This document shows, piece after piece, positions 1 through 13,395 of a DNA stretch of 64,000 bases. Within the stretch, counting starts at the first letter, position 1; the number at the start of each line of letters is the position of its first letter. The DNA lies in NCBI GenBank assembly GCA_964016885.1, contig OZ024740.1:390538001-390602000 (forward strand), given 5' to 3'. A program made the translations under genes and the position numbers. The stretch comes from Eledone cirrhosa (taxonomy: Eukaryota). The notes beneath the pieces were generated by a model. It saw only the letters and a list, made by a program, of their open reading frames with translations, ran no database searches and was not told the origin of the DNA.

Positions 1-275
1 GTCGAAAAAACAACAGCACAACTAAGGAAAGAGCTTCATGAGACGGAGAGGCTGTTGCAGCAGGTGTCGCTGACCGTTCTCCGTGGCAATGCTTTCGCCA
101 TTTTGTCTGCAGGACGTAGTTGAGAGAAACCGCTTAGACAGGGAAGTAGACTGTCACTCCCCCTCTCCTCTTCCTTTCATTGTTTAATTTCTTATTTCAT
201 TTTATTGCTTTTAATTTTCTTTTATTCGTAATTTCCTTATTGCTTTGTATATATATTTCTGTAAATAAAGATGTA
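1..275 (+). mobile_element. 3' end of a CRE-like (restriction-like endonuclease) non-LTR retrotransposon: ORF C-terminus 1-123 plus 3' UTR
   Basis: Frame +1 reads VEKTTAQLRKELHETERLLQQVSLTVLRGNAFAILSAGRS* (stop 121-123), matching the Q(R/Q)xSxxxxRGNA C-terminal motif of CRE-clade elements. A T-rich UTR follows with AATAAA at ~264. Confidence 0.6.
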
Positions 276-1494
276 TATTTTAATTCATTCCTGTAATGTA
301 TATGCAATAATATTCTTTGCAAGCTATGTTTTTATCTCGGTTTTTACCAGTGTTATTCTATATTTCATTTCAACTATTTTATCTAAGAATAGTGGTAATT
401 TAACATCTTGCAGGAACCCCGAAGCCATATCCACAAAAGTGTTATTTCCATACAAGGATAATAAATTAATAAAATAATTGTGTAAAACTTTTAACTATTA
501 GTGATTCTAGATAAAATGTTTACTTTCACTTTCCAGGTTATTTGCAGTTCTCATGGTTAGCATAGACTATAAAAAAAAAAACCCATAAACAATTTGCTCC
601 TTCTGCAATTAACCCAAATATTGAAATCTTATGACTTCACCTTTTGCACTAAACTCATCGAATTTTCAATCATAAAGATATTCCTCATTATCAATAGAGT
701 TGGCAAAATTGAGTCTTTGTGAACTCCTTGGGCTATATTCCCGGCCAAAAAATACTCTTTTATGCTTTTATTTGTTATATATGAGTGCTTCTATATAATA
801 TAAGAGAAAGGAAAACAAAATAGAGATTTCTTAAAAAAACCCAGAAGTGAGTAAAAGTATTGTAAAGACATATGTTAAATGATGCAACTAAACGAACACG
901 TTTGATGAGAATACAAATGTATGTAACATAGTTTGCATCATTCTCTTTTTTATTTTGATATTGACCACAAAAGCGTCCTATAATATTTTCAGTCTTTTCC
1001 TTAGTTATAGTCATGCATTTAAGTTAGTTGCACAAGTTAAATAACACTTGTTTTTTATAATCTTTAATTGACTAAAATGACTGAAACTAAGAAATGCAAA
1101 TGTTTATATATCCATGATTAGTGAAACAAAAGAATCAAAAATAGAAATTCGTTTCGGTTTTCAAAAACGCTTGCTATTCTAGAATGTTATTTTAGTAATA
1201 AGTATGTAACCTATCTGTATTCAATATGTCCTACTCTAGAACCTAGAGTCTAGGTACTCTATAAAAAACGAAATCAGCCACAAGGAACAGGAAATGCATT
1301 AGAAATAAGCTCACATATATATGGCAACAACATCCTTTTCAGAGTTGTTCATTGAATGCGGTCATTGGACTGTACTGCCTTTAAGTATTTTAATCCCCAT
1401 TGTACTTATTGCAGTCTGTTACTTATATTATCGATCTCTATTGAATGACTAAAGTACATTTATAATGCAAAGGGACGTATTTTACACAAGCACG

Positions 1495-1702
<208 letters not shown>

Positions 1703-2309
1703 GAAAAATTGAACAGGGACAGAACAGAGAGGCAGTACGACAAATGTTTATTAAATTCACGCTCAGGAGAGTGGGGGGTAATATACGTTTTGTTATTTAT
1801 GTTTTTTTTTTTTACTGTACCTTACCTTCAATTTTCTTAATTTCTTCTAAGTGGACAGAAACGTATAGTTACGACAAATTGGAGGGAAGGTACAGTAATA
1901 AGACACAAATAACAAAAAGATTTGTCCCAAATTCCGTGCAGTTGGATCGAACGCAGAATAAATTTCTTTTGTTGACATGAGTTAAATTTGGGGTCAATTT
2001 CGATTTATGATTCCGTGACAAAGTTTTTTAAACACAAGAAAATTGCATGATGTATTTATGAATTCAACTTACAGAAAACGCTCGCCATTTTTTCTTGTAT
2101 ACTAAACATTCTATCAGTATATATGGTGTGCTTTTTTAACGACACATATTTAAAAGGAAATATTTGATAACTTTCATGTACAACCCTTCTTTTGTTATAT
2201 TTTTTAGATACCGTGCAAACAGGATGATTTAACAAGGTAATGGAAGCTATATTTCTTTTATTGGTGATTTATTTTTATCTATCATCAGCAACATTAGGAA
2301 AGCATTTTC

Positions 2310-3158
2310 ATATCATCATCTCCATTATTATAACCATCACCGTTATCATCATCATCCTCAACGCAAACATCGCCGTCACCACCACCACCACCACCATCAT
2401 CATTTCCATCACCATTGTCGTCACCACTACCACCACCACTATCATTTCCATCACTATCGCCGTCACCACTACCACCACCACCACCACCACCATCATTACC
2501 ATCACCATAGCCACCACCACCACCACCACCACCATCATTTCCATCACCATCGCCGTCACCATTACCACCACCACATCATTACCACCACCATTGCCACCAC
2601 TACCACCACCACCACCATCATTTCCATCACCATCGCCGTCACCACTACCACCACCTCCACCATCATTTCCATTACCATCGCCGTCACCACTACCACCACC
2701 ACCATCATTACCACCACCATTGCCACCACTACCACCTCCATCATCATTACCATCACCATTGCCACTACTACCACCACCACCACCATCATTACCATCACCA
2801 TTGCCACCACTACCACCACCTCCACCATAATTTCCATCACCATCGCCGTCACCACTACCACCACCACCATCATTACCACCACCATTGCCACTACTACCAC
2901 CACCACCACCATCATTACCATCACCATTGCCACCACTACCACCACCTCCACCATAATTTCCATCACCATCGCCGTCACCACTACCACCACCACCATTATT
3001 ACCATCACCATTGCCACCACTACCACCACCTCCACCATAATTTCCATCACCATCGCCGTCACCACCATCATTACCACCACCATTGTCACCACTACCACCA
3101 CCACCATCATTACCACCACCATTGCCACCACTACCACCACCGCCATCATCATTACCAT
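2310..3158. repeat. (ACC)n-derived higher-order minisatellite
   Basis: Recurrent units such as ACCATCATTTCCATCACCATCGCCGTCACCACT and ATTACCACCACCATTGCCACCACT. The overlapping ORFs are low-complexity artefacts. Confidence 0.92.
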
Positions 3159-5573
3159 TAATGGAAATAGGTTTTAGGAACTAAAGGTACGCTAACCTTC
3201 ATGAGACCGAGGTTGGTAAGAAGGTTGTGTAAGCACCAGCTATAAGACCCGTTATAAGCACTCTCCATCAACACTGAACATTAAAGGTATATTGTCCGCC
3301 AGCGTACCCACTGCTCCTTACCACCTTTAATGTACATATTGATAACATAAATATATTTCCTGTAAGACAGAGTTGCCACACTGAAACGTACACGTTCTCT
3401 GTGTAAGCCAACGAGGAAGCCAGTAGGTGGATGATCGACCAGCTAGAAAGAACAGTCAAATATAACTAAAACCATACCTTATCCTCATAAGGAAGAGGCA
3501 TATTGGACAATGTGATACTCGATATAAAATGTTCATGTCAGCAGGGATGACATGGATGCAAGCAACAACAACAATATTTCATAATCTGTACAAACAATTC
3601 CATAGTGACAATGTGTACAGATAGATATCAGACTAGTTTGAAATATAGAGTGTCCAGGATGTAAACCCTATGTCTTGATTGCTATCTTGATTGATAACTT
3701 TCCGGCAATATATCCATTCCAAGTGTGGACAAATGGTGAGCTACTAATCAATCAAATGCTACCATACACACCAATAACTACAAATATTTTGTCTGTGATC
3801 ATTCAACCTGCTGACAATAGATATCTTAAAAATAGAAGACACATTCGATAATACAATTCATAGAAAAATATTTTACGTTAAGGAGACACTGTAAGGTGTT
3901 TACATAGATTTGCATAGATTCCCACAAATAACAAAAGAATATATTATATTTGTTAAGGATAGCGTACCGTTTGAGCGTAACAGAAGTGCAATTTTTTGAG
4001 TTGGCGGTCTTATTGATTTGATGTGATTTCCATACTCCACATTTTTGTTATTTAGACCTTGGACAACCACTTTTCAAACAAATCTATAATCAAAGGAGTT
4101 CCAGACGTGACCATCTCATCTTTTCGAATATCATAAACTACATTGTTCACTGTGACCATATTTTGTTAGAGTATGCTTTGCGGAACTGGATGGAATGCAA
4201 GCAGCAAAGGTTCATAGAAGCTTGCACGACTACGTAGTCAGTAATTTTACTAGAAATAGAAAGAAACTCTTCCTTAAAATACACCTGAATCCTCTTGAAA
4301 CGAGACTATCACACTGGCTAATGTAATACATGTGCTCCAATGCCCAAGAGTTGTAATGATTGGAATTGATAGCTAGATACTTAGATAGGACTAAAAAGCT
4401 AAAACATACTGTTTATACAATAATCATATTGTTTGCAACAGTAAGATATAACTGCGCATGCTATATATTTATAGAATAATGGATTAACCCCACCATTTGA
4501 GAGTAAAATGTTTCGGCCAACGATACAATGATGTTAATTTTATTATCTCAGAAATTTTTTCTTCATTCTGGATGTTTCAAGTCAAAAATATTATGATTAT
4601 AATAGAAATGATTGAAAATAAGACTAAATGAAATTACAGTATATTATTACAAATTTTACCTATCAAGATTGAATTTGCTAGTAATCTCTCCAGAATAGGT
4701 AAAACTATTTCCAGTCATATACAAGTTTCGATATATATATTTAGGGACTTGTACCAATACGAATATATATTACTTTTAGCGTAATAGGGTACACAAAATT
4801 CTGTTTTGGTAAAGTTTCAAACTCTTTTGTGTATATTAATACTGAAAAATCGAATTCTAAATATGTGATGTGCGGCCGATTGTCGCACTTGATCATGAAT
4901 TGTCCCCTTTTTGTCTTCTTTTTTTTCAGTTTTTTTAGCTCTCCCTTTTGCATATATGTTTGTATATATTATATGTGTTTGTGTTTTCGTTCTGTAAGCA
5001 TTATATTATTATATCTGTATACAACTGTGAAAAAAAGTCTAATTTGGAGTAAAAAATTCTAAATATATATCTGCAAAGCTATTCCGTAATTTGATGCTAA
5101 TTGTACCTCCAATTAATAATAGTTAGAAATGGATACGTGCATGGTCGTATGTTTACGAAAATTACTTTGCAGTCACATTGTTCCTAAGTCTATACCCTGA
5201 TCATGTGTATTCTACCATAATCTCGAGAAACTTTAACACTTCTAACATTTGTCGTTGTTGTTACGTTGTTGATTTTATCTACAACCCGCAGATAGTCGAC
5301 TGGATGAATAGTTGCGACTTGCAGGATATTTTGTCCAGGAGACACCAATAGAAGTAATCTAGCTTTCTACCTACCTCGGCACAAGCTGAAACATGTTCAT
5401 TTTTGTTATTTGATTATTATAAACTTATCTACAAAAGCGCGTACACATATACATAGAACCATAAAGATACCCGCATGCATATGTACACACACACAGACAA
5501 GTGCACACACGTACACGCACACGCACACATATACGCACACACACACACACTTGTATGTATGTATGTATGTATG

Positions 5574-5603
<30 letters not shown>

Positions 5604-5605
<2 letters not shown>

Positions 5606-5935
5606 ACAAAACCTGACAAAGGGCGGAAGAACTCGTGAGAGTCAACGGCCATCCAAAAGTGTGTAAATATGTATATATACACATGTACTACGCGGTTAAA
5701 CCACTGGGAGTGAAGGACCCCTAGCCTTTGTCAGGGCATTCTTCTAGGAGAAGGCAACTCAGGAAACTGGGATAACTCCGATATAAAACCTGCGGCTCAG
5801 TAGTTACCGATGATGATGATCTTTTCTTCTTTTCGGGTTATAGCTACTGTCGCTCAGAGAGTGGGATTGGTTCAGTGCACAGTCTTTCCTCACTTTAAAA
5901 AATATCTTCACGCACAGGCATTGCACGATAGAATT
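5604..5935 (+). mobile_element. RTE-type 5'-region fragment (subfamily B) following a (TATG)n tract
   Basis: Near-identical to 21374-21619 and homologous to the body of the 20666/51407 element (AAAACCTG(A/T)CAAAGGGC...GACCCCTAGCCTTTGTCA...CTAGGAGAAGG). Preceded by (TATG)n at 5553-5603. Confidence 0.65.
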
Positions 5936-6096
5936 AGTAGAATGAAGGAACTAACAGATAGATGGCAAATAATAGTCTAACTCTTAGATGTGGGTGGAAA
6001 TCGATATGTTTCGTACTACGACTTTGATCAGATTGTAGAGAGACGGAGAAAAGTGGGGGAAAAACCGCAGACAAGAAAATAGGTGACTACACACAA

Positions 6097-6184
<88 letters not shown>

Positions 6185-6244
6185 GTATATATATATGTGT
6201 GTGCGCGCGCGCCTGTATGTGTTAGTCTCGGGTTCAATCGAGAG

Positions 6245-6648
6245 TAACCACAGTAAGTAAGATACTTAATACATTAGTAGAGTGTAAACATTAAGTTTAA
6301 TATAGAAATAGCCTCTACAGCATTAGAACTGTTTCATTCGAAAGAAATCACCAGGCAAGCCAATACGGTTGCATTTATTACAATGACAGTTGGCTTTCCT
6401 TATGATTTCTTTCGAATGTGTCTAAAGGTCACCTAATGGTTAAGGAAGTTTACTTTAAACTGATCTTCGGACATACCCACATATGTCCTGACTTCCTGTT
6501 GTTGGTGGATGTAACTTCCGCCTCGTAGAACACTGCGGGTGTGTTACAATGTTGCTGGAAAGGCCGCAATTCGGGCTTTCTACAAGAGCATGCGGGTGAA
6601 GGAGCGCTCTTGGTGGGTTTGTGGGCTTTCATAATTTTAACGCAAGAT
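6245..6648 (-). mobile_element. Penelope-like element relic: Cys-rich linker and GIY-YIG endonuclease start, joined to a pLTR-like hairpin
   Basis: Minus strand reads CSCRKPELRPFQQHCNTPAVFYEAEVT, then after a frameshift RTYVGMSEDQFK. This fits the PLE pattern CxCR...CP..C...VVY.A.V...YIG...FK. The 5' end abuts (TA)n at ~6650. Confidence 0.7.
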
Positions 6649-6679
<31 letters not shown>

Positions 6680-6910
6680 AGGGTTGACAGACCCAGCATA
6701 TTTATCAATGCCAGTACCGGTTGTATCTCAGCGCACTCAATGGTCAATGTAAGATACATTACCAGAGTATACACATAGTTATTTGCCTCAACACAACACA
6801 CGTAAAACGGGTGCCTATAAGGTTCCCGGACTCGATATAAAGACTAAAGAATGTTTAGCCTGATAGGGTTCTACACCCCACTTTCAGGCTAAAATTTCTT
6901 TCGTCAAAAA

Positions 6911-6979
<69 letters not shown>

Positions 6980-7113
6980 ATCTTTCCATCTATCAAACAA
7001 TAAATCTCACCAGTTACCCACGCACCCATCATTCTCCCATCCATCCATCTATCTGTCAGTCAATCCGTCCGTCAGTCTGTCAGTCAGTCAGTCTGACTGT
7101 CAGTTTGTCTATC

Positions 7114-7217
<104 letters not shown>

Positions 7218-7994
7218 TAAATATTTATATATATATATATATATGTACATACATATATATATATATATATATTTCCCTTCTTTATTTTCATTTATTTCTT
7301 CTTTTATTCATCAATTTTCTTTTTCCTTTTTCGTTTTAAATCGTTTCCTCCTTTCCTTCATTATATCTTGCCATATATCATATACTTGCACTAAAGGCTT
7401 TTATTGATTCTTATATTTAGCCATTTTTACTTCTCGGCATCTGCAAATCTTTATGATTATAAATAATCATTTCGAAGGCAAAGAAATGCGCTGTAATAAT
7501 AACCCCAAATTGCTTTACGCAAATACTGAAACCAACAATGGCGACAGCTACAACCACAACAGCTACAATCACGACAAATGCAATTGTTCCATATGTGAAG
7601 GAATATATATATATACCCTAACATTTTGAACCATATAGAAATGTTACTGTAGTCCATTACTCCAGAATTATTGGTTAGTTAAATTTTGTTATTAACTATT
7701 TTCATTTAAATATGTCTTCATGACATATTTATGGGAAGTTCACGAATACATACATAGTGGAAGATAACTTGTGTCCGAGTACGACCAGTTCTTAGAAAAA
7801 AAAAAGACCTTGGCAAAAACGTGCTGTTACCAGCAGAGTAACACACTTTGGTACAGATACCACATACTAACTCATGATGTATGGGGTACTGAAATCTGTT
7901 ATTTCCATAAGTTTGCCATCTACTGTGCTTTTGTAGCATAGCCTTTGCAATGCATACACCTCCGTATCCCTCACACACACACACACACAAACAC

Positions 7995-8103
<109 letters not shown>

Positions 8104-8224
8104 CATTATCTTGGTGACAATATAGATGTTAACCGAAATAAAACAGTACTAAATATGTCATCGTATATTTCAAAAATAGAAAAAAAGATCGCGGACGTTC
8201 GGAAAACTATCGGCTTGTTGGCAA

Positions 8225-8387
8225 TTCAGGCGCCGAAGACACTTCGTCCTCGAGGACGCACCCTAATTTTGACAAGCAAAAATTTGAAAAAAATAATAAA
8301 CAGCCTTCGGCCTCCAGGACGCATGGTAGATTTTTGAGATCTATTTTAGGATAAAAGTAGTGTCTTCGGCGCCGGGAAATACGGTAG
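8225..8387. mobile_element. Possible pogo/Tc1-mariner-type MITE end
   Basis: Ends in GGAAATACGGTA, the reverse complement of a TACCGTATTTCC-type terminus. Internal inverted copy GGCGCCGAAGACACT / AGTGTCTTCGGCGCC. Confidence 0.35.
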
Positions 8388-8699
8388 TATGGAAACGATG
8401 TTTGGAGATAGTATAAACAGAATTCTTCAATATAAATTGATCACCATCAAACACGAACTGAGAGCCGTCAACGAGAAATTCCGATATTAGAAGAAAGGGG
8501 CTTAAAGGGAAATGATTAATAAAAGATTCAACCAAAATCAAATATCAGTTTATAGAGATATGGAGGTGGGGACATATCAATAAATGTCACTGGGGTCTCA
8601 GCTCAGAAAGACATATATTCCTTTCTGGAGAAAAGAATGTGGTGAGGAAAAGAAATCCAACCAGGAAGGTCAGAAACCTATACATTTGCAAAACGTCTG

Positions 8700-9440
8700 C
8701 TTCAGCACACCACGACTTGGTCTTGAACCAACTGCTTAACCACACAAACTTGCATGTGATATATGTCGAATTTGGAAAGGCGTTCGATAAAGTTAATCTT
8801 GGAATAATTTGTCTCAGTACAACTGGAAAGCTAAGGTGGTGGCAACATGACTCCTTAAAAAGAAGAAATCAGACAATTGCAGTCAATGATACCCTTTCAG
8901 AGGAAAGATTAATATTGAGTGGAGTACTTCAAGGGTCTCTTGTTTTTTAGTGGCTCATTCAGGGTATCCTCAGTTATAAAGGTAGCTAGCCACTTTCACT
9001 AGCCATGCTGGCGATACGAACGTAGTACAGGCAATCACAAACTTGTTCATCTTACTTCCCTACAGTGAGATTTAAATGGATCGAAAACAAGATATAATTT
9101 AATGATAGAAAATGTTGAACTCTCCTGAGCTCTCAGCTATCAACCAGCAAACGGAAATACGTTGCAAAAATGATACAGTGGACCAGGTGGGATTGCAATT
9201 CCAGAATCAATATAATGTATATGGGGATCGATATGAGCAATGATGCACATTTTCATGAGTATGGCAGAAATGTATAAACGACTGGTGGGAAGGATTCTGA
9301 GATCAATGAAAGTGAGAGGCTAGGAAACCAAGTTTGTCCTGTGGAAGGTATTTTTCCTCAAGCGTTTGGATAAATGTTCTCAACTATGGACAACTCAGTA
9401 ATTCAGGCTTTTCAGAAACTCCTGCAGTGTTCCTTGTAGA
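8700..9440 (+). pseudogene. Degenerate CR1/L2-group LINE reverse transcriptase fragment
   Basis: HVIYVEFGKAFDKVNLGII (cf. DVIYLDFAKAFDKV) and SGVLQGS (cf. SGVPQGS), with many stops and frameshifts. Confidence 0.7.
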
Positions 9441-9491
9441 TTATCTATCTATCTGACCCCCTTTCCTTCTCTCTGTGCCTCTCTCTGTCTG

Positions 9492-9633
<142 letters not shown>

Positions 9634-9656
9634 CAAAAACACATCTTTCATTCTCT

Positions 9657-9698
<42 letters not shown>

Positions 9699-10161
9699 GG
9701 GATACTATTTATAGTTATGTATATACTATACTATATACAACTATAAACAGGTAGGGTCAGTAATTTATTACTACCTTATTACCAGTAAGATAAATAGCTC
9801 AATGTAAGAACATCAGTTGTTATACAGAGCAGTAATATAGAATACACAAGAATCAAAGCTATGTTAGAACATTTATTTGCTGACAATTTTTTCTTCCAAG
9901 CCTCGGCTTGGAGTCTTCGGAGCATTATTAATAATGTTTGTACATATAATCAGCCTCCTATTCCGCTGAAGAATCATACAGATACATATTGTGGACAACA
10001 GTGTGGGATGGATGCGACATATATTATGTTATACTATAATTGTACAATAAGATTCAAAATTAAAATTAAAAGCTTTTGGTGGAGCGCATGTGACAGATAA
10101 TACAAGAGCATCTAGTAAATAAATAAAAATAAATTTTATTTATTTACTAGAACTGTAAACA

Positions 10162-10211
10162 GAACTGCAGGCACTAATGTTTCTGGGTATCACCCTTCAT
10201 CAGTACAGTTC
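10162..10211 (-). ncRNA. Type I hammerhead ribozyme with a mutated cleavage triplet (GCC)
   Basis: Minus strand: GAACTGTA-CTGATGA-A GGGT GAT ACCC A-GAAA-CAT TA GTG-CC-TGCAGTTC. Stem I is 8 bp and the core boxes are intact, but U16.1 is C. Confidence 0.65.
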
Positions 10212-10290
10212 ACTGTTCACCTGCCAACTGTCAGAGCTAGTGAAAATATATGATATTTTCTAAAACATACAGTGACTGATCAGCCTGATC

Positions 10291-10323
<33 letters not shown>

Positions 10324-10345
10324 GAAGAGAGAACAATGAGCGTAT

Positions 10346-10391
<46 letters not shown>

Positions 10392-10724
10392 GTGTTATAT
10401 GGCAGTCTTAGTGCGTGCCTGAGTATCGGATGTTGGTAATTTCTCCTGACTGTACATTTTTTCTATTTATATTTGAAATGAAAATGGCGATAAAATTAAC
10501 TAAGCATATATAAAATCACGTGTATACATAACTCGATATTGTATTACTCCTATGCACCTTTTTTAAATAACTTAATAGATATTTACACATATATACATAT
10601 ATAAATATTCTCACTGTCACACTGATCTGCAGATGAATTAATGGGGAGACATCAAAGTTGCGTGAATATTAGATTGATATTGATAACGATGTAGATAGAC
10701 AAATAGATAGATAGATAGATAGAT

Positions 10725-10805
10725 ATATTTCTTTATTAGCCACAGGGGCACAGAAGAAGGGGAAAAATACAAAGGGGGAAGTTTACATACAATAAAAACG
10801 TGTAA

Positions 10806-10808
<3 letters not shown>
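10725..10808 (-). mobile_element. ~85-bp 3' stub of the Tx1-like LINE, inserted in (GATA)n/(TATC)n
   Basis: The reverse complement matches the 3' UTR at 41554-41640 (TTTTACACGTTTTTATTGTATGTAAACTTCCCCCTTTG...GCTAATAAAGAAA) almost exactly. GATA repeats flank both sides. Confidence 0.9.
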
Positions 10809-10871
<63 letters not shown>

Positions 10872-11149
10872 GGATAGATAGATAGATAGATCAATATTTA
10901 GATCAATAGATAAATAGTTGAGTATGGAATGAAAGAGAATGAAAGTGAAGAGAGTAAGATGGAGAGTGTTTGTGTTTGGTATTAGGTAGGCATACGAAAG
11001 TAAGGTTTTACGATCTAACGTTACTGATAGTGTAACAGAAAATGCCATTGTGTGTCGCCTCAATATTGCATACATTTCAAAAAAAAAATTTAGCTTGTGT
11101 ATTAAAGATACTTGACAGAATCATCAGAGCTGGGACAACTTGTAGAATT

Positions 11150-11905
11150 TAGTTATACATTTTTACGTTCTGTGTTCAAATCCTGTCAATATTAACTTTG
11201 TCTTTCATTCTTCTGGGGCTGATAAAATAAAGTACCAACACAAATTACCGATGTTATGCTTAAATTAGAAACCATTGCTATATGGGCGATGAGGGCGGTG
11301 GATTGGGAGTATCGATAGAGCGTTGGACATAGTGCTTAGCGGCATATAGTTACGGCCCTTTACATTCTGAGTTCAAATCCCGCCGAAGTTAGCTTTGCCT
11401 CTCATCCTTACGAGGTCGATAAAATAAAGTACCAGTAACGCAGTGGAATCCCCTTCAGATTGCTGGCTTTTGAACAAAACTAGAAACAATTATTATACAA
11501 GCGGTGGGTTTGTAGTACCGTACAAAGCGCTTCGCGGCATTTCAATTATGATATCAACTTTGCCTTTCATCCTTCCGAAGTCGATAAAATAAAGTACCAA
11601 TAAAGTCCCCGAGTCGATATAATCGACTTTCCCTTTCCCTTAAAATTGCTGGCCTTGTGCCCAAAGTAGAGGCAATTATTTTCGTATCGGTAGAGTGTCG
11701 GACAATAGTTTTATGATATATAGTTACTTCCTTTTACATATTGAGTTCAAATTCCGCCAGGGTTAGCTTTACGGGGTCGATAAAATAAAGTACCAGTTAC
11801 ATACTGGAGTTGATAAAATAAAGTACTAGTTACCCACTGGGGTCAATTTAATTGATTTTCCTCTCCGTTCAATTTGATGGCCTTGTCCAAATGTAGCAAC
11901 AATTA
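11150..11905 (+). mobile_element. Tandem cluster of ~4 tRNA-derived SINE copies (family 1)
   Basis: B-box GAGTTCAAATCC, central GCCTTTCATCCTT.CGAGGTCGATAAAATAAAGTACCA, and 3' end AATTGCTGGCCTTGTGCC..AAGTAGA..CAATTATT, each repeated. Confidence 0.85.
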
Positions 11906-12079
11906 TAATTATTAGTATTATAGTAATAGAAGTAGCATTTGTTGTTGAGCACTTGTTCAGTCGTGATCCAACCGACCTATGATCAATTGCGTTACAGTCA
12001 TGACTGTGATTTAGTTTTACAAATTGACGACATCATTACCACCTTTCTTTTTTGGAGAAGTTTTGATCCGGTGACGTAT

Positions 12080-12440
12080 TGGTAGAGTTGGTAGAGTTGC
12101 AATCCGAGTTCAATACCTCTGAAGTCATCTTTGACCTTTATCCTTTCGGAGTTGGTAAAATAAAGTATCAGCCCAGGGCGGGTGTTGGTAGAATTGTAAC
12201 TGTCGAACGGAATCGAAGACACAATTGATCCTTAACATAATGATTTCTAATTTAAACACAAAGCAAGCAATTTTGATAGGAAGAGAAAGTCGATTATACC
12301 GACGCTAGTACTTTACCGGTAGTTTATGTTTTCGACTCTGGAAGGAGGAAATGCAAAGCTAAGCTCAGCAAGATTTAAAATTAGAACGTAGAGAGCCGTA
12401 ACGAAATACTGCAATGCGTTTCTTCCGAAGCACCAATGGT
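12080..12440. mobile_element. Degenerate SINE family 1 copies (one plus, one minus)
   Basis: Diverged central domain (CCTTTATCCTTTCGGAGTTGGTAAAATAAAGTATCAG) plus a reverse-complement copy at ~12240-12440. Confidence 0.55.
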
Positions 12441-12804
12441 TCTATGAATATCTATAAATTTATGAATCAAAATAGAAATAAAAAACAATTATAAAACAGT
12501 TCTCAGCGATCAATAAAAAAAATAATAGTTAAATAGTAAAGTAAATTGTACCGTATTTAATATGATGAGAAACTGAAAGATGTAAATCAATTCAAAATTT
12601 CGCCTGTAGTAAAGAGAAAAATATCGAGTTTAATTTTGATTGACATTTTTGGTATACTAATGAATGTATATAACACACTTCAAATAATAAGCTTGTGTGA
12701 TTTTTATGTAGAAGGCGCCACTGGGTAATTGCTTCTTAGTCATTGTTGCAATTAAGTAAATCGAGATGTTGTTTGCTGAGTAATTACATTGTACATTAAA
12801 AATA

Positions 12805-13080
12805 GAAAAAGAAAAATCATCTGGTTCGCGCCTCCTTTCTCATTAAATATAAATACTAATATAAGTAAGAAATTCTTGGACCTTATTGATAAGTACTTCA
12901 TTCCACATCATATATAGAGTAAAATCTTCAAGGGATGTAAACTTGCATATCTGAAGAGGTGTCGATTAAGAGTCGGGATTCGATCGCCTTATCAAACGCG
13001 AGCTGATCGATATCAAAACAGTTGTAATATGCAATAAAGTTTCATAACAAGTTGCAAATCTGACTTCCTATTGTCACTCT
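12805..13080 (+). mobile_element. Penelope-like (Naiad-type) relic: linker peptide joined to a pLTR with a hammerhead
   Basis: RKRKIIWFAPPFSLNINTNISKKFLDLIDKYFIPHH matches the PLE motif RNIIWFNPPYS.NV.TNIGK.FL.LIDKHF. A hammerhead and AATAAA follow, and the relic ends at a (TA) run. Confidence 0.75.
12943..13034 (+). ncRNA. Type I hammerhead ribozyme with long stem II and a G12-to-A change (likely inactive)
   Basis: TTGCATAT-CTGAAGA-GGTGTCGATTA...TGATCGATATC-AAAA-CAGTTG-TA-ATATGCAA. Stem I is 8 bp, stem II is 11 bp, the triplet is GTA, and the GAAA box reads AAAA. Confidence 0.65.
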
Positions 13081-13157
13081 ATATATACACATTGCAAACT
13101 ACAATCGCCTTAAACCTGGAGCACAATGAGAGACGGATGAAGTAACAGCATCGAGTG

Positions 13158-13242
<85 letters not shown>

Positions 13243-13245
<3 letters not shown>

Positions 13246-13395
13246 AGGGAAGATTAATCATATTATAAGGTATTTATTTTTGAAGCTCTGGTTAACTTTA
13301 TTTAGTTACCTACCTAGCTATGTGTGCTTACACACCTGTACAAATTATCTCCTGTGGTTATTCATGTTTATTTATATGTTAATCAATTTCTAGTT
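13243..13395. repeat. Dispersed ~150-bp repeat bounded by (TA)n; second copy at ~53263-53483
   Basis: Shared GGAAGATTAATCA...TAGTTACCTACCTAGCTATGTGTGCTTACACAC...ATCAATTTCTAGTT. Confidence 0.8.

Noticed and set aside
330-800. Minus-strand integrase-like words (KSIFWPGI; TFVDMASGF)
   Set aside because: Fragmentary and interrupted by stops, with no convincing HHCC/DDE spacing.
11150-11905. CRISPR-like recurrence of GTCGATAAAATAAAGTACCA
   Set aside because: Irregular spacing. These are SINE central domains in a eukaryotic genome.
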